DNA from: the human T2T-CHM13v2.0 reference genome, Homo sapiens
Assembly: GCF_009914755.1 (NCBI RefSeq)
Contig: NC_060926.1
DNA length: 64,000 nucleotides
Direction: 5' to 3' (one strand)
Translations under genes and position numbers: made by a program
Shown here: piece after piece, positions 1-11,455 of the stretch
Layout: each line of letters opens with the position of its first letter
Numbering within the stretch: the stretch's first letter is position 1
Notes under the pieces: model-generated
What the model saw: the letters and a program-made list of their open reading frames with translations, nothing else
The model's database searches: none
What the model was told of the DNA's origin: nothing

Positions 1-1039
1 GTGCATCCATCCTTCTCCTTGGAGAGAGCACTAAACAGGGTGCCACCTTAGCCTGGCGGGCGGGAGCCAGATAGGAACCAGACACCACCCGAGGTCAGCA
101 TCCTCCAGCCCAGCAGTGTGAGAGAAGTAAGGACGAAAGATGTGGGCACTGAATATTTAGGACCCTAATTTATCTAAGGAGAATACTTTATTCTAGATCT
201 TCATGCCTGCATTGGAATTTGAAAACAGGGTAAAGTTCATGTAAGTTGAATTTCAGGCATGTGCAGCCACTGACTTGCAGCTATCCATGGAGGGCCACAG
301 GCAGGCCAGGACCACAAGCCACAGGCCCTGCACCACCTCAGCTCCAGCCACATCGGGCCCTGTGCATGGATTCAGCTGTCCCAAGAGGAACTCTGGTTTC
401 TCCTCCGTCGTGCATTATCTATTCATTTCGCTTAGAAAAGAGGCAGCATTTTCATGGGGTGGGGACAGGCCATCCCAGGTTCTTTGGTCAAATGCCATTT
501 TATATCATGACAATAAAAGTCTCCACCTTTGAGACATCAACTAAACACTGCTATTTCTGAGAATCAAGCAAGCAATTCCTTCCTCTACCATACGCCGTAT
601 CAAACTGATAAAAAAATTCATAGCTGCGGACTGAATATTCATTTTATGATTTCTTCGTCCTCATTAAAGCCAGACAGGCACACAAAGAAGTGAAAACAAG
701 GATCATTTATTTCCTTCATCCACCCATCCACAGAGCAATAAGCATTTTAATCTGATCCTGTGCCAAGAATTGTACAGTCCAAAGTTCAATGGACTCAACT
801 CATGTATCATCTTGACTAAGAGAGGTTGAGAAAAGTTAAATACAAAAATGGAAATTCAAAAGCATCAAATATAGACTGTTCAGCTTTCTTTCTTCAAGTT
901 GGAAATTATCCTTGAAAGCTCACCAGGAGAAAAGTCAAGCATTTGGAAGTGGACTGCTATCTCTACTCTCAAACAATGTGCCAGACCTGTTTGGGTTTAG
1001 GAGAAAGACCACCGTATACTAACAGGGACATAGGTTTTT

Positions 1040-1135
1040 GTCTCAGTCCAATCATTAAGAAGTTGAGTCAATTGGGGCAAATTACCTAGGATGTCTGAAT
1101 CTCAGCTTTCCTATCTTTTTAAAAGTGATAATTTT
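1040..1135. mobile_element. MIR fragment
   Basis: ttggggcaaattacctagg...tctgaatctcagctttcctatc resembles the MIR core. Confidence 0.5.
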
Positions 1136-1296
1136 TCCTTTCTGCTTTGTAGAGTCACAAAGATCAAGCAAAGTGAAGCTTAAAGCTGGATAACCTATAA
1201 TAGTTTTGGAATTCTCAAGTCCTATGCGAGTTTAAGTATCAGTTAGGATGATATTTGGAGTCAGGGGATGGTTCTGAGCACTCTACTAAGAAGCGT

Positions 1297-2476
1297 CTGA
1301 AGGCCGCCCCTGGGGGCCATTGCGGAGGGAGAGGCCTGGGCACGGATGCTGAAGGCCGCCCTGGGGGGCATTGTGGAGGCAGAGGCCTGGGCACGGATGC
1401 TGAAGGCCGCCCTGGGGGGCATTGTGGAGGCAGAGGCCTGGGCACGGATGCTGAAGGCCGCCCCGGGGGGCATTGCGGAGGCAGAGGCCTGGGCACGGAT
1501 GCTGAAGGCCGCCCCGGGGGGCATTGCGGAGGCAGAGGCCTGGGCACGGATGCTGAAGGCCGCCCCGGGGGGCATTGTGGAGGCAGAGGCCTGGGCACGG
1601 ATGCTGAAGGCCGCCCCGGGGGGCATTGCGGAGGCAGAGGCCTGGGCACGGATGCTGAAGGCCGCCCCGGGGGGCATTGCGGAGGCAGAGGCCTGGGCAC
1701 GGATGCTGAAGGCCGCCCCGGGGGGCATTGCGGAGGCAGAGGCCTGGGCACGGATGCTGAAGGCCGCCCCGGGGGGCATTGCGGAGGCAGAGGCCTGGGC
1801 ACGGATGCTGAAGGCCGCCCCGGGGGGCATTGCGGAGGCAGAGGCCTGGGCACGGATGCTGAAGGCCGCCCCGGGGGGCATTGCGGAGGCAGAGGCCTGG
1901 GCACGGATGCTGAAGGCCGCCCCGGGGGGCATTGCGGAGGCAGAGGCCTGGGCACGGATGCTGAAGGCCGCCCCGGGGGGCATTGCGGAGGCAGAGGCCT
2001 GGGCACGGATGCTGAAGGCCGCCCTGGGGGCCATTGCGGAGGCAGAGGCCTGGGCACGGATGCTGAAGGCCGCCCTGGGGGCCATTGCGGAGGCAGAGGC
2101 CTGGGCACGGATGCTGAAGGCCGCCCTGGGGGCCATTGCGGAGGCAGAGGCCTGGGCACGGATGCTGAAGGCCGCCCTGGGGGCCATTGTGGAGGCAGAG
2201 GCCTGGGCACGGATGCTGAAGGCCGCCCCTGGGGGGCATTGCGGAGGCAGAGGCCTGGGCACGGATGCTGAAGGCCGCCCTGGGGGCCATTGCGGAGGCA
2301 GAGGCCTGGGCACGGATGCTGAAGGCCGCCCCTGGGGGGCATTGTGGAGGCAGAGGCCTGGGCACGGATGCTGAAGGCCGCCCCTGGGGGGCATTGCGGA
2401 GGCAGAGGCCTGGGCACGGATGCTGAAGGCCGCCCTGGGGGGCATTGCGGAGGCAGAGGCCTGGGCACGGATGCTG
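1297..2476. repeat. GC-rich VNTR, 51-bp unit, ~23 copies
   Basis: Unit CTGAAGGCCGCCCCGGGGGGCATTGCGGAGGCAGAGGCCTGGGCACGGATG; 17-aa periodicity in the overlapping ORFs. Confidence 0.98.
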
Positions 2477-3279
2477 GCAGTGAGGGAAGAGTGCCCCCTC
2501 CTTCTGAAGAAAGCCCTCCCTGACCACATCGATCACACTGCCGGCGACTCCACATGGCCTCCAGACTGCAGACAATTATCTCTTCAGAATACCATCACCA
2601 AATCATGGCTCTTAGAAATTACTGGAAAACAGGAAGACTTGTAAACGTGACTTTTGTTGTGCAAATCTGGTCACATTATCTATTCGAATGCTGCCGGCAA
2701 CACTCAAAGAGATATTTCCCTTCTTTCTCTGAAGTAAGGAAAACTACTTCTCTGAACAAATTTTTACAAGGACTTAATTTCACACTTAGCAATGCCTTGT
2801 CTTCATTAACGTTCTTTAGGCCATTTGAGAGGATAAAGCTAAAGCGTCTTAATGAAGCCGCCGGCTCAGGAGCTGGCTGAAAGCAGCCGCATTTACAGCC
2901 TCAGCCAGGGAAAAGTGCCTTCAGTGCAGACCTGCGTGGGCCTCCGCAAACAATTCCCAGGCAGCGCTGCGGGGCTCTGGGACTTGGGAAGGGCCCAAGC
3001 GCGATTATTTCTAGAATTTTCCACATTGTAAAAGCACGGTTTCTTCAAATCACCCTCCCCTAGAGAAAGTGCTGACCCAGGGAACGAGTTTCCTTCTGAT
3101 TTGTGCGTTCCATATCCCTGCCATGTGCCACACGGCACTAACTGATGATAAATAAATTCCCTGTGCGCTGCCCGGACAGACTCTACGGTCAGAAACACGA
3201 AAAGCAGCTAGCACAGATCAAAGATAAAGAAGACAAGGTCTGCTCAGCAAAGTGGTGTTTCAAGTGAGTTCTTTCATTA

Positions 3280-3657
<378 letters not shown>

Positions 3658-4526
3658 TCAGTTAGAATCACGTTAAAATTCGCGCTAATACCTACTGGCT
3701 CAGAGAGTTACAGCCCACGGGCACCGTCTCACCTCTCGTTAAAGGCTCCCCATCCGCTATGCACCTCCAGGACTTTGCAGAGTGGAGAGGGGCGTCCCCA
3801 ACCCTGGCAGGGCCTGTTTCTTGGCCATTCACAGCTTGAACAGGCAGCTTCGCTGCTCCCTGAAGCTGTCGGCTGAGGGGCCCTGTTGCCTGGGCCACCA
3901 GCCACACTTAGAACCCCTGGCGATTACAGATGCTTCCCAGGCTGGTCCTTGTTCTGATCCTGCAAATTGGCTGTGGACCTTTCCTCTAGTGTCCCCAGAG
4001 CGCTCCATATTCCCAGCACTTCCTGAGATAAATGCTTTAGCTTCTATACACGTCAACACACCCACGTCAAATAGAGGGGGGGTGGCCCCTGCACGTAACC
4101 CCGACACAATCTCACTGTAACAAATGTCCTTAAATTCCATTTGTCTTTTATTAAACTAACACTTTTATCTTAGCAAATAAGACTGTCTGCAAGGTCCTAA
4201 AATTCCATCTCTCTGCTTGCTCTAATCCACAGTTTCATAGTCTGTGTGGCAGGAAGGAGAGGAGTCCATGGGGGTGAAGTGCAGCCAATATTTTAGTTTG
4301 TAAATTAGATTTGTTGCCAAACACACCATGCTCAAGATTGAAAGAGTCTCAGAAAGGTTTTACTTTTTAGATTCATTAAACCATGCATGCTGTTTTTAAG
4401 GACTGGCCTTATCTTTTACCAGATTTAGGGAGGGAGACCAGAGCTGAAGAAAAAATTTCTTCTTCATAAATAAGACAAGCATATGGTTCAATTGATTTGA
4501 CACCAGAACATTAACAGGTTAGCTCC

Positions 4527-4816
<290 letters not shown>

Positions 4817-4982
4817 TAGGAATATTTCATTATATTTAGAATATTTATTATCAAATATTTACTCAACACCCACTTTGTCCTACGTTGGGATCTATAAATA
4901 CAACCAGAGGCTAAATCGGGCCCGTGGGCTTTCCTGTGTGATTCTCAATTAAGAACGTTTGATATCAGTGATCCTTGATGCA

Positions 4983-7290
4983 TATATTTGTCTCTTTTCA
5001 TGCTGCTAATAAAGCCATACCCAAGACTGGGAAATTTATAAATATAAAAGAGGTTTAATGGACTTACAGATCCACGTGGCTTGAGAGACCTCACAATTAC
5101 AGCGGAAGGTGAAAGACACACTGTCTTCCATGTGGCAGCAAGAGAGAATGAAAGCCAAGTGAAGGTGGAAACCTCTTGTAAAACCATCAGATCTCATGAG
5201 ACTTATTCACTATCACGAGAGGCAGAAACCCCTCATAAAACCATCAGATCTCGTGAGATTTATTCACTATCATAAGAGGCGGGAACCTCTTATAAAACCA
5301 TCAGATCTCGTGAGACTTATTCACTATCACGAGAGGCGGAAACCTCTTATAAAACCATCAGATCTCATGAGATTTATTCACTATCACGAAAGGTGGAAAC
5401 CCCTCATAAAACCATCAGATCTCGTGAGATTTATTCACTATCACGAGAGGTGGAAACCCCTCATAAAACCATCAGATCTCGTGAGATTTATTCACTATCA
5501 CAAGAGGTGGAAACCCCTCATAAAACCATCAGATCTCGTGAGATTTATTCACTATCACGAGAGGCGGAAACCCCTCATAAAACCATCAGATCTCGTGAGA
5601 TTTATTCACTATCACGAGAGGCGGGAACCTCTTATAAAACCATCAGATCTCGTGAGACTTATTCACTATCACGAGAGGCGGAAACCTGTCATAAAACCAT
5701 CAGATCTCATGAGATTTATTCACTATCATGAGAGGTGGAAACCCCTCATAAAACCATCAGATCTCGTGAGATTTATTCACTATCATGAGAGGCAGAAACC
5801 TCTTATAAAACCATCAGATCTTGTGAGATTTATTCACTATCATGAGAGGCAGAAACCTCTTATAAAACCATCAGATCTCATGAGATTTATTCACTATCAC
5901 GAGAGGTGGAAACCCCTCATAAAACCATCAGATCTCGTGAGATTTATTCACTATCACAAGAGGCAGAAACCTCTTATAAAACCATCAGATCTCATGAGAT
6001 TTATTCACTATCACGAGAGGTGGAAACCCCTCATAAAACCATCAGATCTCGTGAGATTTATTCACTGTCACAAGAGGTGGAAACCCCTCATAAAACCATC
6101 AGATCTCGTGAGATTTATTCACTATCATGAGAGGCGGGAACCTCTTATAAAACCATCAGATCTCGTGAGACTTATTCACTATCACAAGAGGCGGAAACCT
6201 GTCATAAAACCATCAGATCTCATGAGATTTATTCACTATCATGAGAGGTGGAAACCCCTCATAAAACCATCAGATCTCGTGAGATTTATTCACTATCATG
6301 AGAGGCAGAAACCTCTTATAAAACCATCAGATCTTGTGAGACTTATTCACTATCACGAGAGGCAGAAACCCGTCATAAAACCATCAGATCTCGTGAGATT
6401 TATTCACTATCATGAGAACAGTATGGCAGAAACCCCTTATAAAACCATCAGATCTTGTGAGATTTATTCACTATCACGAGAGGCAGAAACCTCTTATAAA
6501 ACCATCAGATCTCATGAGATTTATTCACTATCACGAGAGGCGGAAACCCTCATAAAACCATCAGATCTCGTGAGATTTATTCACTATCACGAGAGGCGGA
6601 AACCCCTCATAAAACCAACAGATCTCGTGAGATTTATTCACTATCACAAGAGGCAGAAACCCCTCATTAAACCATCAGATCGTGTGAGATTTATTCACTA
6701 TCACGAGAGGCAGAAACCTCTTATAAAACCATCAGATCTCGTGAGACTTATTCACTTTCACGAGAGGTGGAAACCCTCATAAAACCATCAGATCTCGTGA
6801 GATTTATTCACTATCACGAGAGGCGGAAACCCCTCATAAACCCATCAGATCTCATGAGATTTATTCACTATCACGAGAGGCAGAAACCTCTTATAAAACC
6901 ATCAGATCTCGTGAGACTTATTCACTTTCACGAGAGGTGGAAACCCTCATAAAACCATCAGATCTCGTGAGATTTATTCACTATCATGAGAAGTGGAAAC
7001 CCCTCATAAAACCATCAGATCTCATGAGATTTATTCAGTATCACGAGAGGCGGAAACCACTCCTAAAACCATCAGATCTCATGAGATTTATTCACTATCG
7101 CAAGAGGTGGAAACCCCTCATAAAACCATCAGATCTCGTGAGATTTATTCACTATCATGAGAACAGAACAGTATGGAGGAAACCACCCCATGATTCAACT
7201 ATCTACCAGTGTCCCTCCCAAAACACGTGGGAATTACGGAAGCTACAATTCAAGATGAGATTTGGGTGGGGACATAGCCAAGCCGTATCA
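4983..7290 (-). mobile_element. THE1 (ERVL-MaLR) solo LTR containing an internal VNTR
   Basis: Left end tatatttgtc..catgctgctaataaag..cccaagactggg and right end gagatttgggtggggacatagccaagccgtatca match reverse-complement THE1 termini; 5-bp TSD ATGCA at 4978-4982 and 7291-7295. Confidence 0.93.
5163..7162. repeat. VNTR, 57-bp unit, ~35 copies, derived from THE1 LTR sequence
   Basis: Unit GAGAGGYRGAAACCYCTYATAAAACCATCAGATCTCRTGAGAYTTATTCACTATCAC; 19-aa periodicity in ORF 5196-6782. Confidence 0.98.
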
Positions 7291-7299
7291 ATGCATAAT

Positions 7300-7803
7300 C
7301 CATTGCTACACCACACTGAGGCTTAGAACAGCACCCGTTTATTATCTCACAGTTTCTGGGGGTCAGGAGTCCAGGCCTGGCTCAGCTAGGTCCTCTGCTC
7401 AGGATCGTAGAGGCCCTTGAGGGGTCCACGGGGCTGACTTCCCATCAGCAGGCTCCACAGGGAAGGACCGGCCTCCCTGAGACCCGGCTGCTGGCAGAGT
7501 CCACTCCCTCCCTGCTGCACAGCTCAGCCTCAGTGCTGGCCGCTTGCTGTCCCCAGCTGGCCCTGAGCAGTCAGTCCTGCCCACAGCCCCACAGCGGATA
7601 CATATCACAGCCGCGGCATCTTCACAGCCAGCAGGACGGAGTGGGCTCCAGGGAGACCTGCGTCCCTGCTGTCGTCACCCTGGCGTCTTCTCTGAGTCAG
7701 GAGAGAGTCACGGGAGCCACCCGATCAGGGAGAGGATTCCTCAGGGGCATGAGCTCCGGGAGGTCGGAGTCATTAGGGGTTGCCTGGGAGTCTCTGAGCC
7801 ACA
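7300..7803 (-). mobile_element. MLT1 (MaLR) LTR, old
   Basis: tttattatctcacagtttctgggggtcaggagtccagg...ctctgctcagg motif; ends ...gagccaca. Confidence 0.65.
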
Positions 7804-8654
7804 GAATTTTACATTTTTAAAGGGTGGTGAAAATGTCATTTAAAATTAAAGAGAATTATATGTGACAGAGACCCTATATGTAAACACCCCTCGGGCTTCA
7901 GAGAGAAACCTGTACTGTTGCCTATGAAAAGGAACACAGGTTCACTAGAGAAAAGATGTCCTTTTATTCCTAGAAAACATTGTTTGTTTCACAGCCTCCT
8001 ACTTATCAGAATGGACTTTGAGGGTGAGGTCTCTTTAAGAACTGATTCCCACTCTCTCCCTTACCCAGAGTGAAGAGAATGGGTGTGAAGAGAGCATGAA
8101 GAAGCAAGGCATACGGGCAGGACTCATGCTACCCTGTGCAAACTGGGATGCTGCAGAATCTGGAGGACAGAACAAGGGCCCCTCCAGCTCAGGCCAACCT
8201 CCCAGTTCACAGGGCAGGATGCGGCCTCATGAGGCCTTGCGGCAGCGCAGACCCCAGGAAGCCAAGAGATGGAGCTCGTCAGTGTCCACGCCTGCGGCCG
8301 AGGGCAGGGTGCCTGTGGGAGACTGGAGCTCCTCTCCTGCCTCCCTCCGGACTCTGAGCTCTCGTCCTGCTGGGCTGGATTTGGTTGTAGATACAGGGTG
8401 CAACCCCATCCCCAGATACCATAGCACGTCATGCCACACGCCCACGCCTTTCCATAGCCAGCTCCCATGAAATTGCAAACCACTGAAATGTACTTCCTTC
8501 TGGAAACTCCCCCCACATTCCCAAAGCCTGGATGCCAGGGGTTTCCTGTGACACCCTGCAGGACCTTGGCTTTTCCCACATACAGGATGGCTGTGTGATG
8601 TGTCTTTATATATCATTCTCTCTCCCTCTCCCTTTCTAGTTAAAAAACACCAGT

Positions 8655-8722
8655 GAAGGGCAGGGCTCTGCCCGCGATGTTTATTGCTGTGTCTGCAAAT
8701 CCTAGCACAGTGTCACACAGAA
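8655..8722. mobile_element. L2 3' end fragment
   Basis: agggcagggc...ttgctgtgtctgcaaatcctagcacagtg. Confidence 0.5.
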
Positions 8723-8734
8723 AAAGTGAATATA

Positions 8735-8970
8735 TCTGTTTGTGAATGTGTGTATATGTGCATGCGTGCCCGTGTTCACATGCATGTACATGTGGGTACC
8801 TGTGTGCATACGTGTGCACATGTGCATGTGCAGATGTGTTATGTGTGTATGCGCATGTCAATACGCATATGTGTGAGCAAGTGTGTCCATGTGCACACGC
8901 ATGCATGGGTGGGCACGTGTTCCTACGTGTGTGCGTGTGTGAGCATGCCTGTGTATGCTCAGGTGTACAC
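8735..8970. repeat. Degenerate (TG/CATG)n purine-pyrimidine low-complexity tract
   Basis: gtgtgcatgcgtgcc...gtgtgcgtgtgt. Confidence 0.9.
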
Positions 8971-9099
8971 TGAATCAACCAAATGCTCTTTGGATTGAAC
9001 AACAGGGCCTCACAGAGTTGCCATCTATTTTGTCTGAAATACCTGATCTGCCCTTTGGGTCCCAAGCCCCAGACGGGGCTAAGTCCAAGGGACAATTGC

Positions 9100-9725
9100 T
9101 GTGGTGGTTAATAGGAGCTGTCAGCCTGACTGGATTGTGGAGGCCTGGTGGCCGGCCATGTGTTGCTTTTGAGTGTATCTGTGAGGTGATTCCAGAGAGA
9201 CTGACTGAAATTCAGTGATCTGAGATAGGAAGACCAGCCCTACATGTGTGTGGCACCTGGGAACCCAGCTGGACAAAACAGGGAGAAGAAAAAGAATTTG
9301 CTCTCTCTCTCTGCTCTCTCTCTCCATTCCAGGGCAAGGCCCCTTTCTTCCTCCTGTCCTTAGACATCAGACTCCAGGTTCTTCTGCTTTTGGACTCCTT
9401 AGGGCTCCCTGGCTTTGGCCTCAGACTGGGGGCTGCGCTGTCTGTTTCCCCAGTTCTGAAACTCCCAGACTTGGAATGAGCCAGGCTGCCGGCTCTCCTG
9501 GTTCTCCAGCTGCTCCGGTTCTTCAGTTCCTCTGGTTCTGCTGCGTCTCTGGTTCTGCTGCGTCTCCAGTTCTGCTGTATCTCTGGTTCCCCAGCATCTC
9601 TGGTTCTCCAGTGTTTCTGGTTCTGCTGCTTGCATCAGCCTATCTTGGAACTTCTCTGCCCCTGTGATTCTGTGAGCCCATTACTCCTCATCAATCCCTT
9701 TCATGCAATTGATTCTGTCAATTGT
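9100..9725 (+). mobile_element. MLT2 (ERVL) LTR
   Basis: Start tgtggtggttaat..gtcagcctgactggatt; ctgtgaggtgattccagagaga; cttagacatcagactccaggttctt; gtgagcccattactcc. Confidence 0.8.
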
Positions 9726-9781
9726 GGAGAAGGACATTCCAACGGGAATGAGCTTATTAAATATCATGAACATGGTACCCC

Positions 9782-9818
9782 GTGTGTGTATGTGTGTGTG
9801 TGTGTGTGTTTAAAACCT

Positions 9819-9878
<60 letters not shown>

Positions 9879-9929
9879 ATATATATATCTATATCTATAT
9901 ATATATCTATATCTATATATATATATATT
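9782..9929. repeat. Compound microsatellite (TG)n-(TC)n-(CTAT)n-(TA)n
   Basis: Directly visible. Confidence 0.97.
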
Positions 9930-10325
9930 TAAGGGGGTTGGGGTTGTAGGGAGATTTTTTTCCAGAATTCTGGGTGGCCCTTCACCAGGGCTCTGACTAG
10001 CTGATGGGAAATCTCAGTGTGAATAAGAGAAAAGCCTTCGCTCTGGAATTTCCTCCTTCCGCAGAAGGCACGAGTGTTAGTCAGAGTTCTCCAGAGGGAC
10101 AGAATTGTGGGCAGTGTTTCTCTGTATTTTTGAGTATCTGCATTTTCTCATTTTTCTTCCAATATATTATTTAGAAAGAAAAAAATGGAAGATGAGTTTG
10201 TCATCAATAGCAACAAGCTTCGTGTAAAGACTGATGTAACTTACAAATGAATCCAAATGTACTCTCTCAGTAACGTCTGTTTAATAAATCAAAATGTGAA
10301 GAAGTTACTCAACTATGGATAACAA

Positions 10326-10680
10326 TGTGTCTTAATCAACCCAGGCTGGAATAACAAACCAGCATGGACTTGTGGCTCAAACAAAAATGCATGACCCCAC
10401 GGGCCTGGAGGCTGGAGCATGAGGTCAGGGTGCCTGCGTGGCTGGGTCCTGGTGAGGGCCGCTTCCTGGCCACCTTCTCACTGTGTCCACACATGGTGGT
10501 CAGAGGAAGCATGCTCCCTGGGGTCTCTTCCTATAGGGCACTGATCCCATCACGACGGCCCCACTCCATGACCTCATCTAACCTCATCACCACCCAAAGA
10601 CCCCATCTCCAAATACCATTATGCTGTGCAGAGGGGCTTCAACATATGAATTTGGGGGGGACCCCTATTCAGCCCATAGA
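10326..10680 (-). mobile_element. MLT1A-type MaLR LTR
   Basis: ctggaggctggag..aggtcagggtgcc; ctccatgacctcatctaacc; ggggcttcaacatatgaatttgggggg..attcagcccata. Confidence 0.85.
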
Positions 10681-11224
10681 AAGGCAGGCCAACCCCATCC
10701 AGGGGTGTGAAAGGGACAGGACATTTTCAGAATAATCCATTGGCATCAGGCACAATGAAAATGTGAGAGTACAGACAGCAATGAGGAGGGCCTGGAATGC
10801 TGAATTGCTGGCACTTGGTGAGAAAGTTGGAATAAATGCAGAGCCCGAAAGAGCTTTGTCCAGATGGGAAGGTCAGCCGTGTCCTGGAGGCATCTTCCCC
10901 AAACAAATCTTCTACGTTTTCTTTGTTCACCTCTCTATGCAACCCTAGTAGCTTTTCCTGTGTTATTTTTGAGAAAATGTATCCCAAACACCTACTGAGC
11001 ATCCAAATGTTTTACAAAGATATCAGTGGGGATTTGCAAGGGCGTGGAATCTTCAAGGCACTGAGATGCTGCAGATAATATATTGTCCATTTCACAGTGC
11101 TGATGTCCCCTCCATCTGGTAAAGATAAAACATGCCACTAACACAGCCCTGCAGCCACACGGAAGACTCCCTAAGCACAGGAATACACATCAATCCTGCT
11201 TCCCACCGGATCCGTACCACCTAA

Positions 11225-11455
<231 letters not shown>

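Noticed and set aside
1239-2575. Five overlapping ORFs of 338-438 aa
   Set aside because: Translations of a 51-bp VNTR; no splice, promoter or homology support
5163-7162. CRISPR-like regularly spaced palindromic repeats
   Set aside because: No unique spacers, no cas genes, eukaryotic LTR origin
5196-7326. 528-aa ORF with HxH-containing 19-aa repeats (superficially zinc-finger-like)
   Set aside because: Translation of the THE1-derived 57-bp VNTR; no Cys pairs, and frameshifted by 56-bp units
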